Shown here: positions 18,365 to 27,363 of the stretch, one piece after another | Layout: the number at the start of each line of letters is the position of its first letter | Position numbering within the stretch: position 1 is the stretch's first letter | From: Deltaproteobacteria bacterium | GTDB lineage: Bacteria > Myxococcota_A > Polyangia > Polyangiales > Houyiibacteriaceae | Reading direction: 5' to 3' | DNA: 36,679 bases | Assembly (NCBI GenBank): GCA_034670305.1 | Contig: JAXMNT010000068.1 | Coordinates: 1-36,679 of the forward strand | The notes under the pieces: model-generated | The model's input: only the letters and a program-made list of their open reading frames with translations | The model's database searches: none | Told to the model about the DNA's origin: nothing | Position numbers and translations under genes: made by a program

Positions 18365-19063
18365 ATGGCACGTCGCACTCGAAAACTCAAACAGTTGGAC
18401 CTGCAGTTTCGGCAGTGGGGTGGTCGGCGGGCGGGCGCGGGTCGCAAGCCCAAGGGAGAACGTGCGGGCGTGCCCCATCGCCGGAGGCCGGCCATTCAGA
18501 ACCGGCACCCTGTGCACGTGACCATCAAGGTCGCGAAGGACCTGCCAAACCTGCGTCGACGCGACCTCCGGGCGGTCTGCTTTGCTGTCTTGGAAGAAGC
18601 GGCCGAGCGCCACGGCATGCGCATCGTTCACTTCTCGATTCAAAGCAATCACGTGCATCTCATCGTCGAGTGCAAAGGCACGACGGCGCTGCAACGCGGC
18701 ATGAAGGGCTTGCTCGTTCGTCTGGCCAAGCGGCTCAACAAACACCTTGGCCGGCGCGGACAAGTCTTCCCCGACCGCTACCACGTCGAGCCGCTGAAGA
18801 CGCCGACCCAGGTCCGCCACGCGCTCCGGTACGTGTTGAACAACGCCCGCAAACACGCGGGGCCCCGCAAGAAGATCGACGCCCACTGGGTGGATCCCTG
18901 CTCCACAGCCCACACCTTCGATGGTTGGAAGTCGACGCCCAAGTGCCCTGCGAACTGTGGTCGGGCCCCGAGGATGCCAAGAGCCGGCACGTGGTTGCTC
19001 CGCGTCGGGTGGAGGAAGCGCGGGAGGATCCCCATCGACGACATCCCGGGTCCGCGCCGCTGA
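18365..19063 (+). CDS. REP-associated tyrosine transposase (RAYT / Y1 HUH transposase)
   Basis: PVHVTIK, HUH motif SNHVHLIVE, GQVFPDRYH, and catalytic Tyr in LRYVLNNARKH. Confidence 0.9.
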   Translation: MARRTRKLKQLDLQFRQWGGRRAGAGRKPKGERAGVPHRRRPAIQNRHPVHVTIKVAKDLPNLRRRDLRAVCFAVLEEAAERHGMRIVHFSIQSNHVHLIVECKGTTALQRGMKGLLVRLAKRLNKHLGRRGQVFPDRYHVEPLKTPTQVRHALRYVLNNARKHAGPRKKIDAHWVDPCSTAHTFDGWKSTPKCPANCGRAPRMPRAGTWLLRVGWRKRGRIPIDDIPGPRR

Positions 19064-19438
19064 CCCAAGCCCCAAAGCGCAGCCACTTTTCGACCAGGCG
19101 GAGCGGAGCCCTGGCGCTGCGCCTCACGACAGAGCCGGGCAACGAACGGCGCCGCTTCGAACACGGCAGTTCAAAGCGGTGCAGCAGCATGCTGCATTAG
19201 CAAAGAAGCCCCCTCGACGCTCCGCTTGTCCGGACCGTTGAACAAGGCTCCTGCGGACCGGAACCCCGCCTCCCTATTGGCTACACCAGGTCGTTGAGGC
19301 GATCGACCCCGCAACAGGCAACGTCTACCCAACGACTGTAGCGATCCGGTGATGGGCCATTTGGCGACGCGATCGGCGAGGCCCGACCGCGTCCCTGGTT
19401 GCGCGGCGGCCGGGGCTCGCTCCAGACTCTCGCTCAGC

Positions 19439-20290
19439 ATGACCTACCGATTGTTCGCGTGCGTTCTTCTCCTCGTCGGTGTCTTCGCGTGCGGAGACGA
19501 CGACGGCACCCTCGACGCGGGGGCCGATGCCGGGGTGGACGCGGCGTTCGACGCGTTCGTCCCCGAGGACGCGTTCGTACCGACGGACGCGATGCTGGAG
19601 GACGGGTTCTCCGAGGACGCGGGGACGGACGCGTTCGTGCCGACCGATGCGCCGATCGCGGAAGGCTTCGGCGCGCTGGCCGGTCCCTGCGGCACGTTCT
19701 TGGCCGACGAACTCGACGAAGCGACGCCGTCGTTCTTCGTGACTCGGCTCGACTTCATGGACGACCCCTACGACGACCCCGAAGACCGCGACCAACTGAC
19801 CACCGGCGGTCAGACGATCATGGAAGAGGGCAGCCTCGGCGGCTCGTCGGTGATCTCCGAAGGGTTTGCGTTCGAGGCGCTCGCGCGCTGCCACCTGGCG
19901 GAGCTCGTCAAGACCGAACGGTTCATCCGGTACGAGCCGATGGACAGCAAGAAGACCGACATCTTGGTCGCGATGGAGAACGTCGAGCTCGGCCGGGTGC
20001 AGGTCGGTGTCTCGGTGGTGCGCGCGGTCGGTTTCCCGCGCGACGACCCCTACCCGACCGCAGAGGCGATGCGCATCCTCGACGGCAAACTGCGCGACAT
20101 CCTCGTGAGCAGCGCGAACGTCGTCGAAGAAGACGCCTGGGTGAAACAGATCCTCGTCGTGCTCGCCTACGCCGACATGCACGCCGACCAAATCCGCAGC
20201 GTCTGGGACGGCCTCGGCGCCGACGTCCGCGCCGACACGATCGTCTACGTGGTCATCACCGACGGCGACGACATCCCGGTCTACTTCTAG
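19439..20290 (+). CDS. Lipoprotein with an AAC4-like (possible PD-(D/E)xK-fold) domain
   Basis: Lipobox VFAC-GDDD, DAG linker, then GGSSVISE...KTE..I.Y...KKTDIL...GVSVVRA. Confidence 0.7.
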   Translation: MTYRLFACVLLLVGVFACGDDDGTLDAGADAGVDAAFDAFVPEDAFVPTDAMLEDGFSEDAGTDAFVPTDAPIAEGFGALAGPCGTFLADELDEATPSFFVTRLDFMDDPYDDPEDRDQLTTGGQTIMEEGSLGGSSVISEGFAFEALARCHLAELVKTERFIRYEPMDSKKTDILVAMENVELGRVQVGVSVVRAVGFPRDDPYPTAEAMRILDGKLRDILVSSANVVEEDAWVKQILVVLAYADMHADQIRSVWDGLGADVRADTIVYVVITDGDDIPVYF

Positions 20291-20490
20291 CAGGTCGCGA
20301 AGAGCGACCTGCTCCCTTGCCCTTGCCCTTGCCCCTGCCCTTGCCCGCGTCGGGCAGTGACCGTCGGAGCCAGAGGTCGGAGCACTCCAGGAGTTGGTCG
20401 CGATGCGTCTCCATCGACCGTTGATCCGCGGGCAAGGCGGGCAAAGGCAGGGGCAAGGGCACGGGGCTGCCTGGTGAGTCGCTCTGCTAG
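20287..20490. mobile_element. MITE-like element filling a convergent intergenic region
   Basis: Ends are CTAGCAG...CTGCTAG, with inverted GGCAAG tracts inside; the left part matches 54-119. Confidence 0.6.
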
Positions 20491-22268
20491 GGGCGGGCGG
20501 GGGAGGTGATGCGCAGCGGGAGGGCCGCGGCGAGGGTCCATTGGTCGGGGAAGAGCCAGACCGATTCGCGGGAGAGGACTTCGACGTCGCCGCCGAGGCG
20601 CCCCACCACCTCGAACACGACTTCGCGGCCTCCGGCGGGCACTGGGATGTTGCGCATGGACGCGAACGGCAGTCCGGCGATCGACAAGCTCTCGGTTCGA
20701 GACACACACAAGGCGCCGACCCCGAGCTCGTAGAGCCTGATCTGAACGTCGTCGGCACCAACCGCCGCCAACGGGTCCAAACTCCCGCACTCGTTGAGGG
20801 GGAGGACGAGGCCCGCGGTCCCTGGCGCGGTCGAGGTCGTCATCAGCAGTTCGTCGAGCGCGTAGATCGTCCGGCCCTCACTCGCGGTGAACAGCTGGGT
20901 CACCGTCGTGCCGACGCCGGCCCGGGTGTGGCGCATCGAGAACCGCTGACCGACGCGCAGATCCACGAGGACCTCGCCACTGGCCACCGGCTTCACCTCG
21001 CAGCGCGGATCGAACGCACACTCGGCGCCCGGTACGCCGTCCCAGATCTCGACGTCCCCATCCTCCACGGGCGAGAGTCCGACGCGAACCTGCATCGTCA
21101 TCGTAGACGGAGCGGGGTCGGGATCGCCGAGGTCCCAGACACCGCGACACGAGAAGTCGCAACCGACCGTTCCGCAGACGTCGCCCGCCACCACCTGCGC
21201 GTCGGTGTAGCCGCCTTCGTCCAGGTCTCCGTCGCAGTCGTTGTCGACTCCGTCGCAGTATTCGAGGGCGCCGTCATACGCGAGCGGGTCGTCGTCGTCG
21301 CAGTCCGTCTTCGGGAAAGGCCCGCCCATGCAGACGTCGTCGATCGCCACCTGCGAGTCGCCGTCGGCGTCCTCCGGTCCGCCCGCGTCGCAGTCGCGGC
21401 GGTCGCCGTCGCACTCGTCGGGCGCGCCGGGGTACACCTCGGCTCGGTCGTCGTCGCAGTCGTTGCCGAGCGGGCAGGACTCGTCGTTGTGGCGGTCGAA
21501 GCCGTCGGAGTCGCCGTCGAAAGGAGACGCGGTGTCGTCGTTGCAGTCGTTGTTGCCGAAGTCGTCGCAGACTTCGCTGACGCCGGGGTTCACGTAGCCG
21601 CGGGTGTCGTCGCAGTCGCGGTCGTTCTCACTGAAACCGGCCGGCTGGGAGCACGCCATGGTCGACTCGCCGTCGGGGTCGCCGAAGTCGTCGCCGTCCT
21701 CATCGGCGTAGTAGGTCGTCGCCGCGCCTTCGTCGGTGACCCCGTCGCAGTCGTCGTCCGTGTCGTTGCACGACTCCGTTTGCCCGGGCCGGACGTTGCC
21801 GTTGCCGTCGTTGCAGTCCTCTCCGCAGTTGCCTTCGTTGCAGCAGGCCGAGTCGCCGACCCCGTCGCCATCGCTGTCGCGGAACCCGAACGTGGTGGGG
21901 TCGCAGTCTTCGTCCACGTCGTCCGCGTCGCAGATCTCCGTGTTGCCCGGGAAGCGGTTCGGGTCGCTGTCGTCGCAATCGGTGCCGCCACAGACCATCG
22001 AGGCCGCGCCATCTCCGTCCGCGTCGGCCGCGACTTCGCAGTCGGCGCAGCGGTCGGCGTCTTCGTCGCACGCCCCGGTGCAGGGCGCGTCGCCCGGTTG
22101 GCACACCCCACCGACGCAGGTCTCGACCCCATTGCAGAAGAGATCGTCGTCGCAGTCCGTACAGACCGCGCCGTCGGACCCGCCGTCCATCGGGACCATC
22201 GAGTCGTCGTCGCCGCAGCCGAAGAACAAACCACACACCACAAGGAGCACACAGGAGCCTGAACGCAT
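20487..22268 (-). CDS. Large Cys/Asp-rich lipoprotein with MopE-like repeats
   Basis: FFGC-GDDD lipobox; many DCDD...PG..E.C...D.DCDG units; similar to 17060-17638. Confidence 0.85.
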   Translation of the reverse strand: MRSGSCVLLVVCGLFFGCGDDDSMVPMDGGSDGAVCTDCDDDLFCNGVETCVGGVCQPGDAPCTGACDEDADRCADCEVAADADGDGAASMVCGGTDCDDSDPNRFPGNTEICDADDVDEDCDPTTFGFRDSDGDGVGDSACCNEGNCGEDCNDGNGNVRPGQTESCNDTDDDCDGVTDEGAATTYYADEDGDDFGDPDGESTMACSQPAGFSENDRDCDDTRGYVNPGVSEVCDDFGNNDCNDDTASPFDGDSDGFDRHNDESCPLGNDCDDDRAEVYPGAPDECDGDRRDCDAGGPEDADGDSQVAIDDVCMGGPFPKTDCDDDDPLAYDGALEYCDGVDNDCDGDLDEGGYTDAQVVAGDVCGTVGCDFSCRGVWDLGDPDPAPSTMTMQVRVGLSPVEDGDVEIWDGVPGAECAFDPRCEVKPVASGEVLVDLRVGQRFSMRHTRAGVGTTVTQLFTASEGRTIYALDELLMTTSTAPGTAGLVLPLNECGSLDPLAAVGADDVQIRLYELGVGALCVSRTESLSIAGLPFASMRNIPVPAGGREVVFEVVGRLGGDVEVLSRESVWLFPDQWTLAAALPLRITSPARP

Positions 22269-22373
22269 GCGGCCAGCCTATCCGAAGATGGCTGGCCGAA
22301 CGAACTCCGTTTCGGTGAGGCCGGATGCCGGTCTCACTCGTTCGACTTCGCTTCACGCGAAATCGGCAAACGG

Positions 22374-23075
22374 TCAGGCCTTGGCGGACTTGCGTCCGCG
22401 CATTCGGCCGACGAAGAACGCGAGCAGGAACACGACGAAGAGCGCGATGCCGCCGCCGATCATGAAGTACTGGCGCTGCATGTCCAAGATGGGGTTGTCG
22501 AACATGCTCGAGGAGTAGCTGAACGAACCGATGCGCCACGTGCCGTCGTCGTTGCGCAGCAAGGTCGTGACCCAGACCGCCTTCACGTCGAACTCGGTGC
22601 CATCGCTGAGCTCGTAGTGTCCGTCGCTCTGGCCGAAGGCGATGGCGCTGCGTTGGCCCTCCGGACCTCCGTGAAGGATCGAGAGATCGTCCGCCTCGAA
22701 GGTGGTGCGGATGTCGGCGAGAAACGCGTCGGGACCCACCAGCATGCGCTCGTAGTACGCACGCACTTCGTCCGGACCGCGCACGATCGTTCCGTTCATC
22801 GGGGTGAAGATCACGTTCTCGTCGAGAGCGCCGACGATCGCGTCGATGTCCTTCTCGTTGAGCCCGCGCTCCATCTCGCCGTGGAAGGCACGCAGCTCGT
22901 TGTGGATCTCCTCCACGCTCGGGCCCGGGTCCACTGGCGCAGGCGGCGGCACTCTCGCGACTTCGGGCTGCTCGGCGTCGCCGGCTTCGCCTTCGGTTGC
23001 TTCGGATTCGGGCTCCTGCGCGTGGACCGTGGCGGTTGTGAGCAAGAGGAGGGCGGCAAGGGACAGGTGCTTCAT
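22374..23075 (-). CDS. SnoaL/NTF2-like (YybH) protein with signal peptide and C-terminal TM, copy B
   Basis: Signal peptide, VIFTPMNG..VRGPDEVRAY, WRIGSFSYS and a C-terminal TM; ATGA overlap with the upstream gene. Confidence 0.8.
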   Translation of the reverse strand: MKHLSLAALLLLTTATVHAQEPESEATEGEAGDAEQPEVARVPPPAPVDPGPSVEEIHNELRAFHGEMERGLNEKDIDAIVGALDENVIFTPMNGTIVRGPDEVRAYYERMLVGPDAFLADIRTTFEADDLSILHGGPEGQRSAIAFGQSDGHYELSDGTEFDVKAVWVTTLLRNDDGTWRIGSFSYSSSMFDNPILDMQRQYFMIGGGIALFVVFLLAFFVGRMRGRKSAKA

Positions 23076-24547
23076 GGGGTCTCCGTGCGCCACACCGCGG
23101 CGCGTTCTTGGGGTTCGGGCAGGAGCCCAAAGGCGGACACGTATCGGGTGCCCGCATAGGTTCGGATCGAGCGCGCAAACATGCGCAGCGCGCGGTGGCC
23201 AGCGCGCCCTTCGAGTACGGAAAGCAGTTCGTCGGTGGCGTCGAGCGCGCGCTGCGCCGCTTGATACTCGCGGTGCATCCACGAGCGGACGGCGTCGGTG
23301 CCGAGCAGTTCTTGGAAGCGCGATGACGGATCGGCGAGCGAAGCGCCTTCGGCCACCGCTTGTTCCACGACTTCCCGCGGCACGAGGTAGAGCCCCTTCT
23401 GAAGGTCCTCTTCCAGATCGCGCATCGTCGAACACCACGCGAACGCGTCGAGCAGCGCCGGCGCGTCGTCGCTGCGCAGCTCCGCGCCCCCCGCGGTCAA
23501 CATGAGGTCGACACTCAATGCGAACGTCTCGCGAAGCTGCGCCCGCATCTCCGACTCAGGCAGCGCACATTGGTCCAGCACCCGCTGCCGGTCGCGCTGC
23601 ATCACCCGGATGAGCTGGGCGGCCTGCGCAAGCGCGTGGGGACCGCCGGCTCGGCCGAGGTCCTCATGAAACGCGCGGGCCAATCGATCGAGCGGCTCGT
23701 CTCCGAACTCCGCGCCTTCGAGCTGCTCGAGCAACGACTGCACCACGTCGAGCGGCTCGCCCTCGCACGCGCGGTCTCCATCGAGCAGGTCGTCGACCAC
23801 CTGCAGAAACGCAAACCCGGTCCGAAGCACGCGGCGTTTCCGCCAGCGGCCAAGCGACTGCGCCGTGAGCGCGACGCCGATCAGCGCGTAGCGCCGGTGC
23901 CGGCGGGCGAAAGCGTAGAAGTTCTCGTAGCAGAGCAGCTCCACGTCGAAGGCATCGACCAGCCGCTCTTCGCGTCGCAGCGCAACCATCCACGTGCCGA
24001 CCGCGAGGGCGGCGCCTGCGACCACGTCGAGCAGGTGGTGCTCGTGGATCAACATCGTGCTCGCGGCGATGCCGAGCGCCCACCCGCCGACCACGAACCG
24101 CGCGAGCAAGCCGCGGTCGCGACCGAACGCGAGCGCACCGGTCACCGCGAACGCGACGTGCAGGCTCGGGAGGAAGTTGCGCTCGAGGTTGATGGTGTCC
24201 GCGATGGCGAACGCCATGGTCGCGTCGGCGCGCACCGGGAACGAGGTCTCGACCGGCAGCACGACGAAACAGAGCGCACCGAGCACGGTCTGGAGCGTCA
24301 GCGCGACGAACATCGGGACCATCTTGCGCCAGCCGATCGTCAGCGGCGCGAGCACGAGCAGGAAGTTCATCGAGAGGTAGATCCACGCCGCCGCACTGAC
24401 GTACGGGATGGCCTGCTCGAACCCGAAGTCGACGTGGATGCGCCAGGGAACGAGGCCACTGAGCGCGCTCGCCGCGCCGTAGAACGTGACGAAGATCAGC
24501 GTGAACGCACCAGCGAGGAACCAGGCGCGGCGGTCGAGCGGTTTCAT
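23072..24547 (-). CDS. PAP2-family membrane domain fused to a squalene/phytoene-synthase-like domain
   Basis: PAP2 motifs NFLPSLH and HEHHLLDV; isoprenoid-synthase motifs VDDLLDGD (DDxxD) and MRDLEEDLQKG. Confidence 0.75.
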   Translation of the reverse strand: MKPLDRRAWFLAGAFTLIFVTFYGAASALSGLVPWRIHVDFGFEQAIPYVSAAAWIYLSMNFLLVLAPLTIGWRKMVPMFVALTLQTVLGALCFVVLPVETSFPVRADATMAFAIADTINLERNFLPSLHVAFAVTGALAFGRDRGLLARFVVGGWALGIAASTMLIHEHHLLDVVAGAALAVGTWMVALRREERLVDAFDVELLCYENFYAFARRHRRYALIGVALTAQSLGRWRKRRVLRTGFAFLQVVDDLLDGDRACEGEPLDVVQSLLEQLEGAEFGDEPLDRLARAFHEDLGRAGGPHALAQAAQLIRVMQRDRQRVLDQCALPESEMRAQLRETFALSVDLMLTAGGAELRSDDAPALLDAFAWCSTMRDLEEDLQKGLYLVPREVVEQAVAEGASLADPSSRFQELLGTDAVRSWMHREYQAAQRALDATDELLSVLEGRAGHRALRMFARSIRTYAGTRYVSAFGLLPEPQERAAVWRTETP

Positions 24548-25527
24548 GTCTGGGCCTCCACGACTCGGGTGCTCGGAAGCGCAGCTTCGGACGATGCGCC
24601 TTCAGGGGCGGCCGCGAGCTCCGCGAGGAAGTCGGCCTCCTGCACCGGACCGCGCCACATGCGCAGCCACACCCGCCAGAAGCTCGGGCGCTCGCGCCGT
24701 TCGTCGACGAGCGCCGGCAGCTGCACCCAGGACGCCTTCGGCTCCCGGTGGTGTGCGAGGTGCAGGTGGTAGTTGAGGAAGAACGCGCGGGTCAGCACCG
24801 AGACCCGCAGGTCGTGCGCGCCGTCGCGGGGGTCGAGCGGGCTGAAGGCGTGGTCCGCGTACTGGAGCGAACTCCACTGCAGACCGAAGGCGGCGTAGCA
24901 GGCGAGCCAACCGACAAGACTCAAGTCACAGAAGACGAAGAGCGCGGCTTGCAGCGCGAAGGCGGCGGCGATCTCGAGCCGGGCGCGGACGGGCGGGATG
25001 CGATCGAGCGCTTCGAGGTACGCGCTGGAACTCGTCTGGGTGGAGACCTGGCCGCCGTCGCGCAAGGACCGCGTCGCGAGTGCGCGCGGGATGAACAGAA
25101 ACGCCACCGCGCCGAAGACCGCCACGACCCAGTAGACGCCGGTGAGAATCGCATACCACTGGGCGCGCTTGAGCCATGCGACGTCGCCTTCGTGGAGAAT
25201 GTCGAACTGCTCGAGCGCAGAGCGGTTGTTGCGGTGGTGGGTCAGATGAAACGCGCGCTGCATCAACAGGCCCGTGGGAAAGAACACCCCGGCCCAGCGC
25301 CCGCCCCACTCGTTGGCCGCGCGGCGCGAGAAGAGCACCCCGTGCACCGCTTCGTGGAAGAGCGAGAAGAGGGTGTTGGCGGTGAACGAGAAGGTCAGCG
25401 CGCAGAGCGCGATCTCCCACACCGCGGTGGCGTGCGAGGCGCGGTGCAAGAGCGCGACGCTCGCTGCGGAAGCAAGCAGCAGCACCGCGGCGTTGACGGC
25501 GTTCAGGCGCGTGGGACGCTCAGCCAT
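24544..25527 (-). CDS. Membrane fatty-acid desaturase/hydroxylase family protein
   Basis: His boxes HEAVH, HLTHH and HLAHH, plus TM segments. Confidence 0.9.
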   Translation of the reverse strand: MAERPTRLNAVNAAVLLLASAASVALLHRASHATAVWEIALCALTFSFTANTLFSLFHEAVHGVLFSRRAANEWGGRWAGVFFPTGLLMQRAFHLTHHRNNRSALEQFDILHEGDVAWLKRAQWYAILTGVYWVVAVFGAVAFLFIPRALATRSLRDGGQVSTQTSSSAYLEALDRIPPVRARLEIAAAFALQAALFVFCDLSLVGWLACYAAFGLQWSSLQYADHAFSPLDPRDGAHDLRVSVLTRAFFLNYHLHLAHHREPKASWVQLPALVDERRERPSFWRVWLRMWRGPVQEADFLAELAAAPEGASSEAALPSTRVVEAQT

Positions 25528-26632
25528 GGGCCACCTGCGGGCGCTCGACGGCGTGATCGGCGTGGTCGATGTGATCGGTCGCCTCGACCTGCGGCGCATC
25601 GGGGGACGTGGCGACTTCGCCCGACTCGGAGTCGCTCGTTCGCGCTCCCGACGTCAGAAGCGGCCCGGTGCGCAGGCCGCGCAGGAACGCCGCCATGGCG
25701 CGCACGCCGACGTCGTCCACGTCGACCCGCAGGCGCATGCCTTCGACGACGCCGAAATCCTTGCGCAAGAACGCGGTGAAGAGCCACCGGGTCACGCGCA
25801 GTCGAAGCGCGGTCCACAGCGCGGAGACGATTGGCACCTGCAGCCGGTTGCGGGTGATGCCGAACGCGCCGAACGCGCGTACCCCGTCCGGGGTCGGCAA
25901 GAGCCCGAGCACCGCGCTCGTGGTCCGGGACTGGATGCGGCTCTGCACGACGACGTTCGGTCCCCTGCACGTCTGGGTGACTTCGATCCGGTCGCCGCTG
26001 AGCCAGCGCATCACTCGGTCGGCGAAGCCACCACCCGACACCCGCGACACGTAGCGCAGTCGAATGCGGCCCGGCTCGGTCTCGATCGTCGGGGGTTCGA
26101 CGAGCGTCCGGTGATGCACCGCCGACAGGTGCGTCAGGTCGAACCCGTTGACGACCATCGCGAGCCACTCGGTCGGCAGCTCGATCGGGGCCGCACTGAT
26201 CCAGGCGAGCGCCTCGGGGCTCTCGGGCAGCGGCAGGGGCGGACGTTCGGAGGCATCGCCGAAGTAGACGAAGACGAGACCGAGTCGCTCTTGCACCGTC
26301 CACGCGCCCGCGCGGCAGCGGCCTGGTTGTTCGGCGCCGATCGTCCAGTGGTGCAGTGGACACCGCAGCGCCTCACCGACGACCTCCCCGTGTTTCAAGT
26401 GCGCGCCCATGTGGGGGCAATGCGCGTCGATCGCGTGCAGCCCGCCGCCTTCGCCGCGGTAGACGACGAGCGACTGGCCGGCCAGCTCGACCGGCAACAC
26501 CCGGCCGCCCGTCAGGTCGCGGCTGCGCGCCACGGTGTACCAGGCGTGCGGCCAGGTCGGCAGCTCGGTGGGCCTGCGTGCGTCGTCACCCTGGGGCAAC
26601 ACCCGAAGGGCGCGTTTGGATCCACCGCTCAT
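25520..26632 (-). CDS. Rieske non-heme iron oxygenase alpha subunit
   Basis: Rieske cluster motif CPHMGAHL...CPLHHW; mononuclear Fe site NGFDLTHLSAVH. Confidence 0.9.
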   Translation of the reverse strand: MSGGSKRALRVLPQGDDARRPTELPTWPHAWYTVARSRDLTGGRVLPVELAGQSLVVYRGEGGGLHAIDAHCPHMGAHLKHGEVVGEALRCPLHHWTIGAEQPGRCRAGAWTVQERLGLVFVYFGDASERPPLPLPESPEALAWISAAPIELPTEWLAMVVNGFDLTHLSAVHHRTLVEPPTIETEPGRIRLRYVSRVSGGGFADRVMRWLSGDRIEVTQTCRGPNVVVQSRIQSRTTSAVLGLLPTPDGVRAFGAFGITRNRLQVPIVSALWTALRLRVTRWLFTAFLRKDFGVVEGMRLRVDVDDVGVRAMAAFLRGLRTGPLLTSGARTSDSESGEVATSPDAPQVEATDHIDHADHAVERPQVAHG

Positions 26633-27363
26633 GCGATGGCTTTCTTGCGACCGCCGAACTTGAGCCCGAGCAAGAACGCGAGGCCGAAGACGACGAGGAA
26701 CGCGATGATGCCGACCATCGTCATCAGCGAGCGCTGCGCGTCGAGCACCGGGTTGTCGAACATGTTCGTCGAGTAGTGGAAGCTCGCCACCCGCCACGCA
26801 TCGCCGTCGCGGACCATCGTGCCGGACCACCGCGCGACCACGTTCATCGCGGTGCCGTCCGTGAGCACGTAGTGGTCGTCGCTCTGCCCGAACGCGATCG
26901 CGACGTCGTCTTTCAGCAGGATGGAGAGGTCGTCGGGTTCGAACTCGGTGGTGACGGATTCGACCACGCGGTCCGGCCCTTCGAGCATGGTCTCGAAGTA
27001 CGCGCGCACTTCGTCCGGTCCGCGCACCGTGTCACCGTTCATGGTGGTGAACACGATGTCGTCCGTGATGTTGGCGACGATGGTGTCGATGTCCCGCTCG
27101 TTGAGCGCGCGCTCCATCTTGTTCTTGAGCGCGCGCAACCCCTCGTGGAGAACTTCGGTGCTCGGAGCCTCCGGTTCCGCGGGCGCTTCCAGTTCGGGCG
27201 GCGTCTCGGGCTCCGGCGGCGTGTCCTCGGCGGGTGGCTCGGGCACGACCTTGGTGGGCCGGACGACGCGTGGGCGGCTGGGGCCGATGTCGGCGGAGGC
27301 GACGGAGACGATGGAGACGGTCGCGAGCAGACAACCGAGGAGGATCAGAGGGCGGGTGCGCAT
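26629..27363 (-). CDS. SnoaL/NTF2-like (YybH) protein with signal peptide and C-terminal TM, copy A
   Basis: Paralog of 22374-23075; IVFTTMNGDTVRGPDEVRAY and WRVASFHYS. Confidence 0.8.
   Translation of the reverse strand: MRTRPLILLGCLLATVSIVSVASADIGPSRPRVVRPTKVVPEPPAEDTPPEPETPPELEAPAEPEAPSTEVLHEGLRALKNKMERALNERDIDTIVANITDDIVFTTMNGDTVRGPDEVRAYFETMLEGPDRVVESVTTEFEPDDLSILLKDDVAIAFGQSDDHYVLTDGTAMNVVARWSGTMVRDGDAWRVASFHYSTNMFDNPVLDAQRSLMTMVGIIAFLVVFGLAFLLGLKFGGRKKAIA

Larger units (their letters stand above)
18098..19287 (+). mobile_element. RAYT element bounded by ~210-bp imperfect inverted repeats
   Basis: 18098-18311 matches the reverse complement of 19077-19287 in blocks: GGTGTAGCCAATAGGG, GGGGGCTTCTTTGC, CATGCTGCTGCACCGCTTTGAACTGCCGTGTTCG, CGCCGTTCGTTGCCCGGC and AAAGTGGCTGCGC. 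Confidence 0.8.
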
